A DNA stretch of 64,000 nucleotides from Dehalococcoidia bacterium (GCA_965220565.1 CBDCQG010000001.1:532297-596296), one strand, 5' to 3'. Positions 1-11,225 are shown, counted from the stretch's first letter. Translations and numbers: made by a program. The notes: generated by a model not told the origin, from the sequence alone.

Positions 1-1353
1 CTGGTCCACCTCGCCGAACGACATCCCCATTGCCCGTCCAACATCGCGGATGCCCGCGCGGGCCCCGAACGTTCCGAACGTGATGATCTGCGCCACGCGA
101 TCCTGGCCGTAACGGCGCGTCACGTAATCGATCAACTCATCCCGCCGCTCGTCCTCGATATCAAGGTCGATATCCGGCATCTCCTTGCGCTCAAGATTCA
201 GGAAACGCTCGAAGACGAGGTCATATCGCAGCGGCTCGATATTCGTGATGTACAGGCAATACAGCACCGCGCTGGCCGCCGCGCTCCCGCGCACGCCCAC
301 AAGGATTCCCTGCTTGCGCGCATACGCCACCAGATCCCATACGACGAGGAAATAGTCGGCGAAGTCCATCTGCCGGATCACGTCCAGCTCATACGCCACG
401 CGTTCCCGCGCCCCCTCCGTGTCCGCGTAGTCCGCGTACCGTTGGTCAAACCCCTCATAGCAGAGCCGCTCAAGGTACTCGAACGACGAGAGCCCGTCCG
501 GCAGTTCGATCTGCGGCAGCAGCAGCCGGTTGAACTCCAGCTCGAGATTGCACTCGTCCGCGATGCGTCCCGCGTTCTCGATCGCCTCCGGCAGGTCTGC
601 GAACAACTCCCGCATCTCCGCCTCGGACTTCAGGTAGAACCCGTCGTCCTCCATCCGCATCCGATTCGTGTCATCGACCGTCGAGTTCGTCTGGATGCAC
701 AGCAGAACATCGTGCGCATCTGCATCCGACTGCCGCGTGTAGTGCAGGTCGTTCGTCGCGACGATGGGAATATCCAGCTCTCGCGCCAGGTCGAGGAGCA
801 TGGTGTTCAGCCGATCAAGCTCAGCAATGCCCGGGTGCCGCTGGATCTCGATGTAATACCCGTCAAACGTCTTCTTGTGCCACAGCGCCGCCTCTCGGGC
901 ATCATCAAGACGGCCCTCCATCAGCGCCCGCGCCACCTCGCCCGCCATGCACGCGGAGAGAGCGATCAGCCCGGCCCCGTTCTTCTCCAGCACCTCCCGA
1001 TCCATACGGGGTCGATAGTAGAAACCCTCGAGGTGGGCGATGCTGACCAGCCGCAGCAGGTTGTGATATCCCTCATCATTCCTGGCCAGGAGGACAAGAT
1101 GATAGGGCTGATTGTTGCCCGGCGTGCGGTCCGTCCTGCTCCCCGGCGCGACGTATCCCTCCACGCCGATGATCGGCTTTATCCCTGCCGCTTGCGCCTC
1201 TCGGTAGAAATCGACGACGCCGTACAGGCTGCCGTGATCCGTCAGGGCGAGCGACTCAAATCCAAGCTCGCGCGCGTGTCCGACTAGGTCGGGAATGCGG
1301 CACAAGCCATCCAGCAGGCTGAACTCTGAATGTGTATGCAGGTGCGCAAACAT
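1..1353 (-). CDS. dnaE: DNA polymerase III alpha subunit, N-terminal part (runs off the window start)
   Basis: Manual translation from ATG at 1353 gives MFAHLHTHSEFSLLDG...LALTDHG (PHP domain) and later GVRGSAAASAV, FERFLNLERKEMPDIDLD. Not in the ORF track because it is truncated. Confidence 0.96.
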   Translation of the reverse strand, partial: MFAHLHTHSEFSLLDGLCRIPDLVGHARELGFESLALTDHGSLYGVVDFYREAQAAGIKPIIGVEGYVAPGSRTDRTPGNNQPYHLVLLARNDEGYHNLLRLVSIAHLEGFYYRPRMDREVLEKNGAGLIALSACMAGEVARALMEGRLDDAREAALWHKKTFDGYYIEIQRHPGIAELDRLNTMLLDLARELDIPIVATNDLHYTRQSDADAHDVLLCIQTNSTVDDTNRMRMEDDGFYLKSEAEMRELFADLPEAIENAGRIADECNLELEFNRLLLPQIELPDGLSSFEYLERLCYEGFDQRYADYADTEGARERVAYELDVIRQMDFADYFLVVWDLVAYARKQGILVGVRGSAAASAVLYCLYITNIEPLRYDLVFERFLNLERKEMPDIDLDIEDERRDELIDYVTRRYGQDRVAQIITFGTFGARAGIRDVGRAMGMSFGEVDQ

Positions 1354-1523
1354 CACAGGATATGCCGATTATATGCCCGCGCGATGAATGGTTTAAGCGC
1401 CGATTCGGTATGATTCAGCGCGTTCCACAGACCTTGTAAGCGCGGCAGACGCTTGGCTCAACCTGCCATCCCCACACCACTAACGTTCATTCCCGCGCAC
1501 CATGGATTCTCTTACGCGGCATC

Positions 1524-2399
1524 CTAACCCATGGTGCTTTTCAAGCCCGATCGCGAACCGAGAAGAAACCGTGCCGCCTCCTGGTTGAAAACCGCCGCCT
1601 GCTCCACCTGCGGCCAGTGCCCGGACGGCGATAGTTCCATGAACTCCGCCTCAGGCCATGACATCAGGTGTCCCTCCTGCCTCTCCGGCGGAGGCACGAT
1701 GATATCCTCCCGCCCCCAGAAGATCAGCGTCGGACAGTGAATGCCGCGCACGCGGCTCCGCAGATCGTACTTGTCCTTGAGCCCTTGTACGGTGAGCCCC
1801 TCCCGGAGCAGCGTGAAGAACGCCTTGCGCTGCTGCGAATCACGCTGCCGGGATACCCACTCATCCATGATCCTGCGATTCACCAGGTCTTCATCGGCGA
1901 AGATGGTCTTGCTCGCCCGATGCCCGGACAATAGCCGTGGCTGCCACAGCGCCTCGCCCAGGAATGGGATGGTCACCAGCCTCAGCGGCCATCCAACCTT
2001 CCGCGTCAGACCGCCCGGCGAGACGAGCACAAGACTCGTCACGCGCCCCGGGTTCTCAAGCGTGGCCAATATCGCTGATATTCCGCCTGCAGAGTGCCCG
2101 ATCAACGAAGCCGTTTCGATTCCCCACGCGTCCAGCAGCGCCATGATCGTCTTGCCGCTTTCGGCCGGATTCCAGTTGTCATGCGGATAATCGGACGTGC
2201 CGTGCCCCGGAGAACTCGGCGCGAACACGTGGTACCCCTGCTCGCCGAAATACCCCAGGTTCGCCCACCAGTCCTCGATGCCCCCGCCGATCCCGTGCAG
2301 GAACACCAGCGGCGGCCCGTCGCTCGGCCCCGCCTCCACATACTGCAGGCGCATCCCCTCAACGGAGACAAACCCCTCTCCCAACGCATAATCAGTCAT
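1524..2399 (-). CDS. alpha/beta fold hydrolase
   Basis: LVFLHGIGG oxyanion motif, GHSAG nucleophile elbow, WGREDIIVP, GHWPQ catalytic His. Confidence 0.9.
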   Translation of the reverse strand: MTDYALGEGFVSVEGMRLQYVEAGPSDGPPLVFLHGIGGGIEDWWANLGYFGEQGYHVFAPSSPGHGTSDYPHDNWNPAESGKTIMALLDAWGIETASLIGHSAGGISAILATLENPGRVTSLVLVSPGGLTRKVGWPLRLVTIPFLGEALWQPRLLSGHRASKTIFADEDLVNRRIMDEWVSRQRDSQQRKAFFTLLREGLTVQGLKDKYDLRSRVRGIHCPTLIFWGREDIIVPPPERQEGHLMSWPEAEFMELSPSGHWPQVEQAAVFNQEAARFLLGSRSGLKSTMG

Positions 2400-2441
2400 T
2401 CAATCCTCGTGTCACTCCCGCCATCTCCGTCACTTCCGCTT

Positions 2442-2480
2442 TTCCCCTCATTCCGGCGAAAGCCGGAATCCATCCGGTCA
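2442..2480. repeat. short palindromic repeat (TCATTCCGGCGAAAGCCGGAATCC family)
   Basis: 39-bp exact copy at 17179..17217; related copies near 6299..6327 and 6393..6426. Confidence 0.85.
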
Positions 2481-4949
2481 CTACACCCGCGCCACCGCAG
2501 CCTCCGGCTCCCGCGCCCCAACCGTCGTGAACGTCAACTCCTCGTCGCCAACGTCCACCGTAATGTCGTCACCGTCGGAGAAACGACCCTCAAGGATCTC
2601 CCGCGCCAGCACGTTCTCCACGTGCCGCTGTACGGCCCGCCTCAACGGCCTCGCGCCGAACGATGGATCAAAGCCAACCTTGGCCAGCCACTCGCGGGCC
2701 GCGTCCGTCAGCGTGATCCGCAGGCTCTTCTCCTCAAGCCGCTCCTGCACCTCCGCCACCATCAGGTCGACGATCTGCAGGATCTGCTCCTCGCTCAGCG
2801 GCTCGAACACGATGATCTCGTCGATGCGGTTGATGAACTCCGGCCGGAACGCCTTCTTGAGCGCCTGATCCACGGACCGCTGGAGGTCCTGGAATGCCTG
2901 CGCCCCGTTCGTGTTGCGCAGCAGCCCGATCTGCTCCCGCTGAAGGATCTCCGTGCCCAGGTTGGACGTCATGATGATGACCGTGTTGCGGAAGTCCACC
3001 GTCCGCCCGTGCCCGTCCGTCAGCCGCCCGTCCTCCAGTATCTGGAGAAACATGTTGAACACGTCCGGGTGCGCCTTCTCGATCTCATCGAACAGGATCA
3101 CCCGATACGGACGCCGACGCACCAGTTCCGTCAGTTGACCGCCGTCGTCGTACCCGATGTACCCGGGCGGCGCGCCGACCAGCCGCGAGACCTCATGCCG
3201 CTCGCCGTATTCCGACATATCAAGCCGGATCATCGCCTCTTCGTCACCGAACAGGAACTGCGCAAGCGCCCGCGCCAACTCCGTCTTGCCGACGCCCGTT
3301 GGCCCCAGGAAGATGAAGCTGCCGATGGGACGCGCGGGATCCTTTAGGCCGGCCCGCGCGCGTCGAATCGCGTCGGATAGTGCTGTTACGGCCTGCTCCT
3401 GCCCGATGACGCGCCTGTGCAGATCCTCTTCCATTCGGGTCAGCCGCTGCGTCTCCTCTTCCAGCATCCGGCTCACCGGCACGCCCGTCCACTCTGCGAT
3501 CAGCGTGGCGATGTCTTCCGCCTCAACGGTATCGCGAATCTTCTTTTCTTGCTTCCACGTGGAGAGCGCTGCCTCATACTCGTTCTGTAGCTGCGCATGT
3601 GCTTGCTTGATGCGCGCCGCCTCTTCGTAATTCTCACGCTGAGAGGCCGCCTCGTCCTCGATCTCAAACTGACTCATCCGTTGTTTCATCTGCTTCAATT
3701 CAAGCGTGAACGACTCCGAGTCGATTCGCAGACGCGATCCTGCCTCGTCGATGAGGTCGATGGCCTTGTCCGGCAGCTGCCGATCCGTGATATACCGCGC
3801 GCTCAGTCGAACCGCGGCCTCCAGCGCCTCCGGCGTGATGGTCACCTTGTGGTGCGCCTCGTAACGCGGCGCGACACCCCTGAGAATGCTGATCGCGTCC
3901 TCCACGGACGGCTCCTCGATATAGACCGGCTGGAAACGCCGCTCCAGCGCCGTGTCCTTTTCGATGTGCTTGCGGTACTCGTCCAGCGTGGTCGCGCCCA
4001 CCGCCTGCAGCTCGCCGCGCGACAGCGCCGGCTTGAGCATGTTGGAGGCGTCCATCGATCCCTCGGCAGCGCCCGCGCCCACAACCGTATGCAGTTCGTC
4101 GATGAACAGCACGATGTCGCCGTGAGCGGCCCGCACGTCGTTCAGAACGTTCTTGACGCGCTCCTCGAACTCGCCGCGGAACTTTGCCCCCGCAACCAGC
4201 GCGCCCATATCCAACGCGCGGACGCGCGCATGGCTCAGCGACTCCGGCACATCTCCGTCAACGATTCGCCGCGCCAGCCCCTCGGCGATAGCCGTCTTGC
4301 CGACGCCAGCCTCGCCGATGATGACCGGGTTGTTCTTGGTGCGGCGCGTGAGAATCTGCATCACTCGCTGGATCTCAACCTGCCGCCCGATGACCGGGTC
4401 CAACTTGCCCTCTTCGGCCAGCGTTGTCAGATCAATGGTGTAGCGGTCCAGCGCTCGGGTTGAACGCTCAGAGCGCCCCTGTCCCGCATCTGCGCCGCCG
4501 TCCGCGCCCCCTTGCGCCTCCTTCAGCGCCGTTTCAAGGCGCGGCTGTGTCAGATTGAACTCCTGGAAAATGGTGTGCGAATCGCCATTATTCACGCCCA
4601 CCGCGCCCAGCAGCAGGTGTTCCGTCCCGATCTGCTCGGAATTGAGCCGCTTGGATGCCGTCGTTGCGCCCGTCAAAAGGCCCTGCGTTCGCGGCGTCAG
4701 ATAGAGCTGCGTCGTGCCGCCCGCCACCTTTGGCGCGCTGTTCAGCACACCCTGGAACCGCTCGGCCATCGCGTCAACGTCGATGTCCAGGCGCTCCAAC
4801 AGCATGATGGCCTGGCTGTCCGGCTGTTGGAAAATCGCATAGACGATGTGCTCCACGTCCATTTGGCTGTGGCTCATGTCCATCACCGTCTGCTGCGCCA
4901 CGGCGAGCGCCTCTTGCGCTCCATTCGTGAAGCGATCAGGGCTCATCAT
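2481..4949 (-). CDS. clpC: ATP-dependent Clp protease ATP-binding subunit (ClpC/ClpB family)
   Basis: Clp N-domain, two AAA+ modules ([16 protein letters not shown]), short middle coiled-coil domain. Confidence 0.9.
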   Translation of the reverse strand: MMSPDRFTNGAQEALAVAQQTVMDMSHSQMDVEHIVYAIFQQPDSQAIMLLERLDIDVDAMAERFQGVLNSAPKVAGGTTQLYLTPRTQGLLTGATTASKRLNSEQIGTEHLLLGAVGVNNGDSHTIFQEFNLTQPRLETALKEAQGGADGGADAGQGRSERSTRALDRYTIDLTTLAEEGKLDPVIGRQVEIQRVMQILTRRTKNNPVIIGEAGVGKTAIAEGLARRIVDGDVPESLSHARVRALDMGALVAGAKFRGEFEERVKNVLNDVRAAHGDIVLFIDELHTVVGAGAAEGSMDASNMLKPALSRGELQAVGATTLDEYRKHIEKDTALERRFQPVYIEEPSVEDAISILRGVAPRYEAHHKVTITPEALEAAVRLSARYITDRQLPDKAIDLIDEAGSRLRIDSESFTLELKQMKQRMSQFEIEDEAASQRENYEEAARIKQAHAQLQNEYEAALSTWKQEKKIRDTVEAEDIATLIAEWTGVPVSRMLEEETQRLTRMEEDLHRRVIGQEQAVTALSDAIRRARAGLKDPARPIGSFIFLGPTGVGKTELARALAQFLFGDEEAMIRLDMSEYGERHEVSRLVGAPPGYIGYDDGGQLTELVRRRPYRVILFDEIEKAHPDVFNMFLQILEDGRLTDGHGRTVDFRNTVIIMTSNLGTEILQREQIGLLRNTNGAQAFQDLQRSVDQALKKAFRPEFINRIDEIIVFEPLSEEQILQIVDLMVAEVQERLEEKSLRITLTDAAREWLAKVGFDPSFGARPLRRAVQRHVENVLAREILEGRFSDGDDITVDVGDEELTFTTVGAREPEAAVARV

Positions 4950-5335
4950 GACCGTGTCTCCTCGCTTTCATTGCGATTGATTCTCTGTGATTGCATACCG
5001 TCTGATGATCCGTCAGCCAGCGCCCTGGCGCCTGTGAGCCGCTCCAACGCGCCCTCAAGGTCCTTGATGCGCTGCTCCATCTCCACCATGCGCCCGCTCA
5101 TCCGCATGATGACCTCCGCGCCGGCGAGATTGACGCCAAGCTCATCGATGAGCGACTTGATCTTCTGGATTCGCTCCAGGTCCGCATCACTGTAATAACG
5201 CACGTTGCCGCGGGAACGTTGTGGCTGCACCATTCCGTTCCGTTCGTAGTAGCGCAGCGTCTGCACGTGCAGGCCGACCAGCCGCGCGGCAACGCGGATG
5301 GAATACACAGGATCGCTCGGATTTCGGAAGCTCAT
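4946..5335 (-). CDS. hspR: heat-shock repressor HspR (MerR family)
   Basis: PVYSIRVAARLVGLHVQTLRYYE...GVNLAG; lies between dnaJ and clp with 4-nt overlaps. Confidence 0.88.
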   Translation of the reverse strand: MSFRNPSDPVYSIRVAARLVGLHVQTLRYYERNGMVQPQRSRGNVRYYSDADLERIQKIKSLIDELGVNLAGAEVIMRMSGRMVEMEQRIKDLEGALERLTGARALADGSSDGMQSQRINRNESEETRS

Positions 5336-6270
5336 TCCGTACCTCCTGCCGTCTCGCGCATCTCACGCAGCTGCGTCAGCAGTTCGCGCTCGGATTCTTG
5401 CAAGCCTTTCGGCAGCGTCACGTTCACCTTGACGAGCAGATCGCCCGCGCCGGTCCCACGCATCTTCGGCATCCCCTTGCCCGCGATGCGGAACGTCTGG
5501 CCGTTGTCCGTCTCCGGCGGGATGCGCAGAGCCACGCCGGAACCGTTGATTGTCGGCACGATGACCTCGCCGCCCAGCAGCGCGTCAAGCATCGGAACCT
5601 TGACCTCCGTCGTCAGGTCCGACCCCTTGCGGCTGAACTGTGAATCCGGCGTGACCGTCACTTTCAGATACAGATCAGAGTTGCCGCCCGCAGGCGTCCT
5701 GGGGCCTGCGCCGCTCATTTTCACGCGAGAGCCGCTGTCAACTCCCGCCGGAATCTGCGCCTCAATGGTGCGCGTTCCCCCCTCTCCGTCCTGCACCCGC
5801 ATGGAGCGCCGCGTGCCGTGAAAGGCCTCCTGCAGTGTTATCTCGACAGGCACGTCACGCGGACGCTGGGATTGCGGGCGCTGGCGGAATACCGACTCAC
5901 TCCCGCCGCCACCGCCGCTGAAGAACTGCCCGAGGATATCGCCGAGGCCGGAGAATCCCTGTCCCCCCGCGAATCTGAACGCGCCGCCCATTCCGGGCCC
6001 CACGCCGAATCCCCCCTGCCGCTGCATCTCCTCGATGCGGTCGGCATGCACCCAGTTCTCGCCGTGCTTGTCGTACTTCTTGCGATTGTCCGCGTCGCCG
6101 AGAACCTCGTGCGCCTCGTTGATCTCCTTGAAACGCTGTTCCGCCTCCTCGTCGCCGGGATTCACATCCGGGTGATACTGGCGGGCAAGCTTGCGGAACG
6201 CCGACTTTATTTCCTTGTCGGATGCCGTCCGCGAGACCCCAAGTGTCTTGTAATAGTCCGTCGCTGCCAT
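5332..6270 (-). CDS. dnaJ: DnaJ/CbpA-class J-domain chaperone lacking the zinc finger
   Basis: J domain with HPD motif, G/F-rich linker, C-terminal DnaJ domain. Confidence 0.9.
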   Translation of the reverse strand: MAATDYYKTLGVSRTASDKEIKSAFRKLARQYHPDVNPGDEEAEQRFKEINEAHEVLGDADNRKKYDKHGENWVHADRIEEMQRQGGFGVGPGMGGAFRFAGGQGFSGLGDILGQFFSGGGGGSESVFRQRPQSQRPRDVPVEITLQEAFHGTRRSMRVQDGEGGTRTIEAQIPAGVDSGSRVKMSGAGPRTPAGGNSDLYLKVTVTPDSQFSRKGSDLTTEVKVPMLDALLGGEVIVPTINGSGVALRIPPETDNGQTFRIAGKGMPKMRGTGAGDLLVKVNVTLPKGLQESERELLTQLREMRETAGGTE

Positions 6271-6298
6271 TCCTATAGCCTTATCCGCCGCGTCCCTT

Positions 6299-6453
6299 CG
6301 TCATTCCCGTGAAACTGGGAATCCAGAACCTACCAACAAAATCATCATACATCTAACAATAACATTGTCAACTTTCTATTTGAGCCTCTCCTCTCATTCC
6401 GGTGAGAGCCGGAATCCATCCGGCCATGTCATTCTGAGCGCAGCGAAGAATCC
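6299..6453. repeat. cluster of short palindromic repeats
   Basis: GTCATTCCCGTGAAACTGGGAATCC, TCATTCCGGTGAGAGCCGGAATCC and GTCATTCTGAGCGCAGCGAAGAATC flank the promoter. Confidence 0.7.
6344..6371 (-). promoter_or_regulatory. putative sigma70 promoter of the dnaJ-hspR-clp operon
   Basis: Minus strand reads TTGACA-16 nt-TATGAT, about 75 nt upstream of the dnaJ ATG. Confidence 0.6.
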
Positions 6454-6487
6454 AACTTGAATACAATCTAGCTATAGGAGGTAACGG

Positions 6488-6727
6488 ATGGGATCGAAAT
6501 CGCATGTCTCCAGGTGGGGCTCAAGTCTCGCAGTTCGGATTCCAAAACACATCGCGGAACAATTGGGCATTCAGGAAGGCTCTTCAATCGAGATTTCCTT
6601 TGGAGAAGACCAGCTTGTCTTGCGTAAGGCGTCGTATGACTTGGCCGACATGCTTGATCGCATTAACGCCGACAACATGCATGCCTCACAGCATTTCGAC
6701 GCGGCCTTTGGCAATGAAGAGTGGTAG
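6488..6727 (+). CDS. mazE: AbrB/MazE-family antitoxin with no adjacent intact toxin
   Basis: RWGSSLAVRIP motif, C-terminal GNEEW, GGAGG RBS. Confidence 0.88.
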   Translation: MGSKSHVSRWGSSLAVRIPKHIAEQLGIQEGSSIEISFGEDQLVLRKASYDLADMLDRINADNMHASQHFDAAFGNEEW

Positions 6728-6764
6728 ACTGTGAGCCACAGAATCGACTGTCGAAGGAGAAGAA

Positions 6765-6866
6765 ATGGCCAAGGGCGACGCAAACTCGGATAAGCCGGTG
6801 CGGAAACCCACGCCTCTTCCTGACCCCAAAGTGCCGGATCCTGGTGTTACCGTCCGGGGTGCGTAA
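6765..6866 (+). CDS. small proline-rich peptide, 33 aa (MAKGDANSDKPVRKPTPLPDPKVPDPGVTVRGA)
   Basis: AAGGAGA RBS directly upstream of ATG 6765; below the ORF-track length cutoff. Confidence 0.45.
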   Translation: MAKGDANSDKPVRKPTPLPDPKVPDPGVTVRGA

Positions 6867-6939
6867 CATTTAGTTCGCCTCTAATGGTGGCGACAGAAAT
6901 CATTGAGTTGCGAGATGAACCTAGGGTTCAAGTCAACCC

Positions 6940-7431
6940 TTACAAGAACTGAACCAGCCCCCAATAGATAAGCAGGATAGCCTCCAGCATGAATGCGGCT
7001 GTCATTCCAATGCCGATGAGGCCCTTACAGTTGACTGTCCTTAGGTTTCTTTCGTAATGAAGTGCTGCCCAGCGAACCGCTTCCAATCTAAAGTCATCCT
7101 CAGTTAGAACGAGCCAATAATCTCTTACTTCATTGAGCCCCAAATAAGATATTGTGCCCAATGCCCGAGTAGCAGTGCCGACAGCTAGATTCAGCAATGC
7201 CAGTGCCCCAGCCGTGTAGAAAAAGGGTGAGTTCAACGTGAGATTGGCTTCTGATGCTGCTACTAGTAACGGTGCTGTGAAGAAGAAACTCGCCGAAAAA
7301 ACCATCACCGCTTGAATACGGCTTTCCACCGCGTTTAGACGGGATACTACCGAATCGTATGAGCTCTGCACCATCCCGAAAGCCAAGCCTAGACTAGGCA
7401 GTTCAATCTGGTCTCCATTGGTTTCAGCCAC
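6940..7431 (-). CDS. hypothetical three-transmembrane protein
   Basis: Three hydrophobic segments, GGAGG RBS, lower GC than flanks. Confidence 0.75.
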   Translation of the reverse strand: MAETNGDQIELPSLGLAFGMVQSSYDSVVSRLNAVESRIQAVMVFSASFFFTAPLLVAASEANLTLNSPFFYTAGALALLNLAVGTATRALGTISYLGLNEVRDYWLVLTEDDFRLEAVRWAALHYERNLRTVNCKGLIGIGMTAAFMLEAILLIYWGLVQFL

Positions 7432-7519
7432 CCTGAATTACCTCCCGGCTATCCCCAAGTACGTACAAATGTTTGAATACAGCCTAACATGCTCCCACGC
7501 TCTACGCTAAACTTGAGTC

Positions 7520-8083
7520 ATGCCTCCAAACGTCTACACACGATACGGTGACAAGGGAGAGACCGGCCTCCTGTATGGCGGCCGCGTCCCCAAGAACGAC
7601 CCGCGCGCCGAAGCCTACGGCACCGTCGATGAGGCCGTCTCCGCCATCGGTCTCGGCCGCAGCCACTCCGAAGACGAGCGCGTCCGTGAAATCGCCATCG
7701 CCCTCCAGCGTGAACTCTTCACCGTCGGCGCGGAACTCGCCACGGACGTTGGCCACTTCAACACGTTCCTCAAGCACTTCTCACCCGTCACGCAGGAACA
7801 CGTCGACGCCCTCGAAAAGCACATCGACTCCCTCCAGGAGGAGTTCGAGTTGCCCCGCGCGTTCGTCATCCCCGGCGCGACACCGGCCTCAGCCGCCCTC
7901 GATCTCGCTCGCTCAACGCTGCGCAGTGCGGAGCGTCGAGCTGTCGGCCTCATGCAGGAGGGCTATCTGCGTGAAGAATCGCTCGTGATCCCCTATCTCA
8001 ACCGCGCCGCCGATCTCCTCTTCATCCTTGCCCGCTATCAGGACCGGCATCTGCCCATGGAGCTTCTGACCGGTGAGAAGTAA
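7520..8083 (+). CDS. pduO: cob(I)alamin adenosyltransferase, PduO type
   Basis: VYTRYGDKGET, AYGTVDE, RSAERR, YLNRAADLLF motifs. Confidence 0.93.
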   Translation: MPPNVYTRYGDKGETGLLYGGRVPKNDPRAEAYGTVDEAVSAIGLGRSHSEDERVREIAIALQRELFTVGAELATDVGHFNTFLKHFSPVTQEHVDALEKHIDSLQEEFELPRAFVIPGATPASAALDLARSTLRSAERRAVGLMQEGYLREESLVIPYLNRAADLLFILARYQDRHLPMELLTGEK

Positions 8084-8699
8084 CGCCCCCGCCCCCCTCA
8101 TCGCCGTTGTGGATTACGGCGCGGGCAACCTGCGCTCCGTTGCCAAGGCGCTTGAAACCGTCGGCTTTCGCGTCAACGTCACGGACAAGGCCGCCGATCT
8201 TCACAACGTCGATGGTGTTGTCTTTCCCGGGCAGGGCATCGCAGGCCCGTGCATGGTCAGGCTGCGGGAAGCGGGTATGGGTTCCGCCCTGCAGGACCTC
8301 ATCGCACGAGATGTTCCATTCTTTGGCGTCTGCCTTGGCCTGCAGCTGCTCTTTGACCGCACCGAGGAGGGAGATGCAGAATGCTTGGGACTCATCCCTG
8401 GCGCGTGCATCCGTTTCCCCCATGAACTCACTGTCCCGCACATGGGATGGAACAATGTGGAGTTCACGCGCGACCACCCCGCCGCCGCCAACATCCCGCC
8501 GAACTACCAGTTCTATTTCGTCCACAGCTACTACGCCAGGCCTGCCGACGAGAACATGACGCTTGGTGTCACCGACTACGGCGGCCCGTTCGCCAGCGTC
8601 GTCGCGCGTGACAAGCTCATCGCCACCCAGTTCCACCCGGAAAAGAGCGGCAGGCCCGGCCTTGCCCTCTACCGTGATTTCTTCAACTGGGCTATCTAG
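8073..8699 (+). CDS. hisH: imidazole glycerol phosphate synthase glutaminase subunit
   Basis: DYGAGNLRSV, GVCLGLQ, PHMGWN, YFVHSY, QFHPEKS. Confidence 0.96.
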   Translation: MRSNAPAPLIAVVDYGAGNLRSVAKALETVGFRVNVTDKAADLHNVDGVVFPGQGIAGPCMVRLREAGMGSALQDLIARDVPFFGVCLGLQLLFDRTEEGDAECLGLIPGACIRFPHELTVPHMGWNNVEFTRDHPAAANIPPNYQFYFVHSYYARPADENMTLGVTDYGGPFASVVARDKLIATQFHPEKSGRPGLALYRDFFNWAI

Positions 8700-8742
8700 A
8701 GACACCATAGAAACGACCTGATAAACGGACAATCTCGGTTCG

Positions 8743-9462
8743 ATGATGAAAATAATTCCGGCCATTGATCTCCGCAACGGCAAGGCCGTCCGCCTCTTTC
8801 AGGGTGACTATGACCGCGAAACGGTCTTTGACGACAATCCCGCTGCCGTTGCCCGCTCATGGGAAGAGCAGGGCGCGCAGCGCATCCACCTTGTCGACCT
8901 TGATGGCGCGCGAGAGGGCAACACCGGGCAGGCGCAGCTTGCCGCCTCCATCGCCGCTGCTGTCAGCGTCCCCGTCCAACTCGGCGGCGGAGTACGCTCC
9001 ATGGACGACGTCACCGCCCTCATCGACGCAGGCATCGACCGCGTCATCCTCGGCACCGTCGCCGTCACCAACCCGGACCTCGTCCGTGAGGCATGTGAAC
9101 GCTACGGCGACCGCATCGCAGTCGGCCTAGATGCGCGCGATGGCCGCGTTGCCGTCCGCGGATGGACGGAAGACTCAGGCGTCGACATGATTGAACTGGC
9201 CCAACGCCTCGCGCAAGACGGCGTCCAACGCTTCATCCACACGGACATCTCGCGCGACGGCGCGATGCAGGGCGTCAACGTCGAGGCAATGCAGGGTTTC
9301 GCCGAGGCCGTTGCCCCCATCCCCGTCATCGCCTCCGGCGGCGTCACCACCCTCGATGATATCCGCGCTCTTACGGCCACGGATGTAGAAGCCGTCATCA
9401 TCGGCCGCGCCCTCTACACCGGCGACATCACACTTCCTGATGCAATCGCCGCCGCCACCTAA
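8743..9462 (+). CDS. hisA: ProFAR isomerase
   Basis: IIPAIDL, HLVDLDGA, QLGGGVR, TDISRDG, ASGG. Confidence 0.96.
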   Translation: MMKIIPAIDLRNGKAVRLFQGDYDRETVFDDNPAAVARSWEEQGAQRIHLVDLDGAREGNTGQAQLAASIAAAVSVPVQLGGGVRSMDDVTALIDAGIDRVILGTVAVTNPDLVREACERYGDRIAVGLDARDGRVAVRGWTEDSGVDMIELAQRLAQDGVQRFIHTDISRDGAMQGVNVEAMQGFAEAVAPIPVIASGGVTTLDDIRALTATDVEAVIIGRALYTGDITLPDAIAAAT

Positions 9463-9548
9463 TCCCCTACAATAGTCATGTGAATGTGCCGTTAGAGACA
9501 TGTAGACCATAACGTTAATACGCCGCCAAGCATGATCTGAACTTTAAA

Positions 9549-10388
9549 ATGCTTTCCCGCAGAATCATTCCGTGCCTTGATGTGAAGGGCGGCCGCGTCG
9601 TCAAGGGTGTCCGTTTTCGGGACCACCGCGACGCCGGCGACCCCGTCGAACTCGCCCGCTTCTACGATGAGCAGGGCGCGGATGAACTCGTCTTCTATGA
9701 CATCACCGCCTCATCCGATGGACGCGAAATCATGCTCGATGTCGTTCATCGTGTCGCCGAAGAGGTCTACATCCCTCTCACCGTCGGTGGCGGCATCCGC
9801 TCCGTCGAGGATGTCCGTACCATGCTCAACGCCGGCGCGGACAAGGTCAGCATCAACACCGCCGCCGTCCAGAACCCCGAACTCATCCGCGAGTCCGCCG
9901 CCCAATTCGGCAGCCAGTGCATCGTCCTCGGCATGGATGCCCGACGCGTCGCCCCGTCCCAGATCGATGCGCCGCCCCACGAAATAGCAGAGATAGCCTT
10001 TGACGATTCAACACGCTGGGAGGTCCGCACCCACACCGGCGCCGATGGCGGCCGTGCTGCCGGCATCGATGCCCTCAAATGGACGATCTATGCCGCCGAA
10101 CTTGGCGTGGGTGAGGTCGTCCTTAACAGCATCGACGCCGACGGCACAAAGACCGGGTATGATCTCGAACTCATCCGCGCCGTCGCGGATGCCGTCACAA
10201 TCCCCGTCATTGCGTCAGGCGGCGCGGGCAATGTCGAGCACATGTGTGAGGCCGTCGTGCAGGGCGGGGCGGATGCCGCCCTGGCCGCCAGCATTTTCCA
10301 CTACGGCGAATTCACTATCGAGCAGGCCAAGGAATACATGCGAAGTCAGAACGTCCCCGTTCGACTGAACGCGAGCGCAGGGGCGTGA
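9549..10388 (+). CDS. hisF: imidazole glycerol phosphate synthase cyclase subunit
   Basis: [38 protein letters not shown]. Confidence 0.96.
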   Translation: MLSRRIIPCLDVKGGRVVKGVRFRDHRDAGDPVELARFYDEQGADELVFYDITASSDGREIMLDVVHRVAEEVYIPLTVGGGIRSVEDVRTMLNAGADKVSINTAAVQNPELIRESAAQFGSQCIVLGMDARRVAPSQIDAPPHEIAEIAFDDSTRWEVRTHTGADGGRAAGIDALKWTIYAAELGVGEVVLNSIDADGTKTGYDLELIRAVADAVTIPVIASGGAGNVEHMCEAVVQGGADAALAASIFHYGEFTIEQAKEYMRSQNVPVRLNASAGA

Positions 10389-11170
10389 ACCCTCCCAGCC
10401 GACCTCGCCGCCGCTCCCGTTTCCGGCTCCGCGCCGTCCTCCTTGACGCCTACGGCACCCTCTTCCACTACGAGCCGGGTCTCCTCTCGCGTATCTTTGC
10501 CGCCATCGTCGAGCGGCTCAACGTCCCCGCCGACCCCGAGACCCTCCTCAAACACTGGCGCGTCCACGAGACCGCATTCCGGCAGTCCCGCGTTTGGCTC
10601 AACGAGGACGGTGAATGGGATGCTCCGCCGCCTGATCAATTCACCCCGTACCGCGAGGCGTGGGCCCACGCCTTTGAACTGGCATCCGCCGAACTGGATC
10701 TGGATCCCGCCTACATCCCCGCCGCCATCAAGATGATCTATGACGACCTCAAGGGCAGGGGAATGTACCGTGATGTCGCCCCCGCCCTCGAAGCGCTGTG
10801 CGCCCGCGTTCCATTCGCCATCGTCAGCAACGCCGACCACGAATACCTCCACGGCACGATTGCAACACACGGCCTGACGTTCGACCACGTCATCCATTCC
10901 GAGGGCGTGAAAGTCTACAAGCCTCACCCACGCATCTTTGAAACCGCCCTCGCCGCGTTTGGCATCGATGACCCCTCGCAGGCCATCTACGTGGGAGACA
11001 CCCCCAGGGAGGACATACAGGGCCCCCAACGACTCGGCATCCCCGCCGTCTGGATCAATCGCACCGGAGCGGACTGGCCGGCGGACATCGATGATCGCCC
11101 GGACTACGAAATCACAACCCTCCTCGGCCTCGTTGACATCGTCGCCTCCAAGACCCTCTCCGCTCTCTAA
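10385..11170 (+). CDS. HAD-superfamily hydrolase
   Basis: LLDAYGTL motif [18 protein letters not shown]. Confidence 0.88.
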   Translation: MNPPSRPRRRSRFRLRAVLLDAYGTLFHYEPGLLSRIFAAIVERLNVPADPETLLKHWRVHETAFRQSRVWLNEDGEWDAPPPDQFTPYREAWAHAFELASAELDLDPAYIPAAIKMIYDDLKGRGMYRDVAPALEALCARVPFAIVSNADHEYLHGTIATHGLTFDHVIHSEGVKVYKPHPRIFETALAAFGIDDPSQAIYVGDTPREDIQGPQRLGIPAVWINRTGADWPADIDDRPDYEITTLLGLVDIVASKTLSAL

Positions 11171-11225
11171 CCACAACCCCATACAATTAACATGTGCCTC
11201 CACTGGAAAAGGCAGGAGAAAACCC

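Noticed and set aside
442-1287. 281-aa plus-strand ORF, and similar long antisense ORFs such as 2094..3347, 15925..17496, 52242..53438 and 57799..59196
   Set aside because: They are shadow ORFs opposite well-supported genes in GC-rich DNA and have no recognisable motifs.
7512-7532. CTTGAGT as an HspR HAIR operator
   Set aside because: Only a half-site; the ACTCAAG arm is missing and it is not at the dnaJ promoter.
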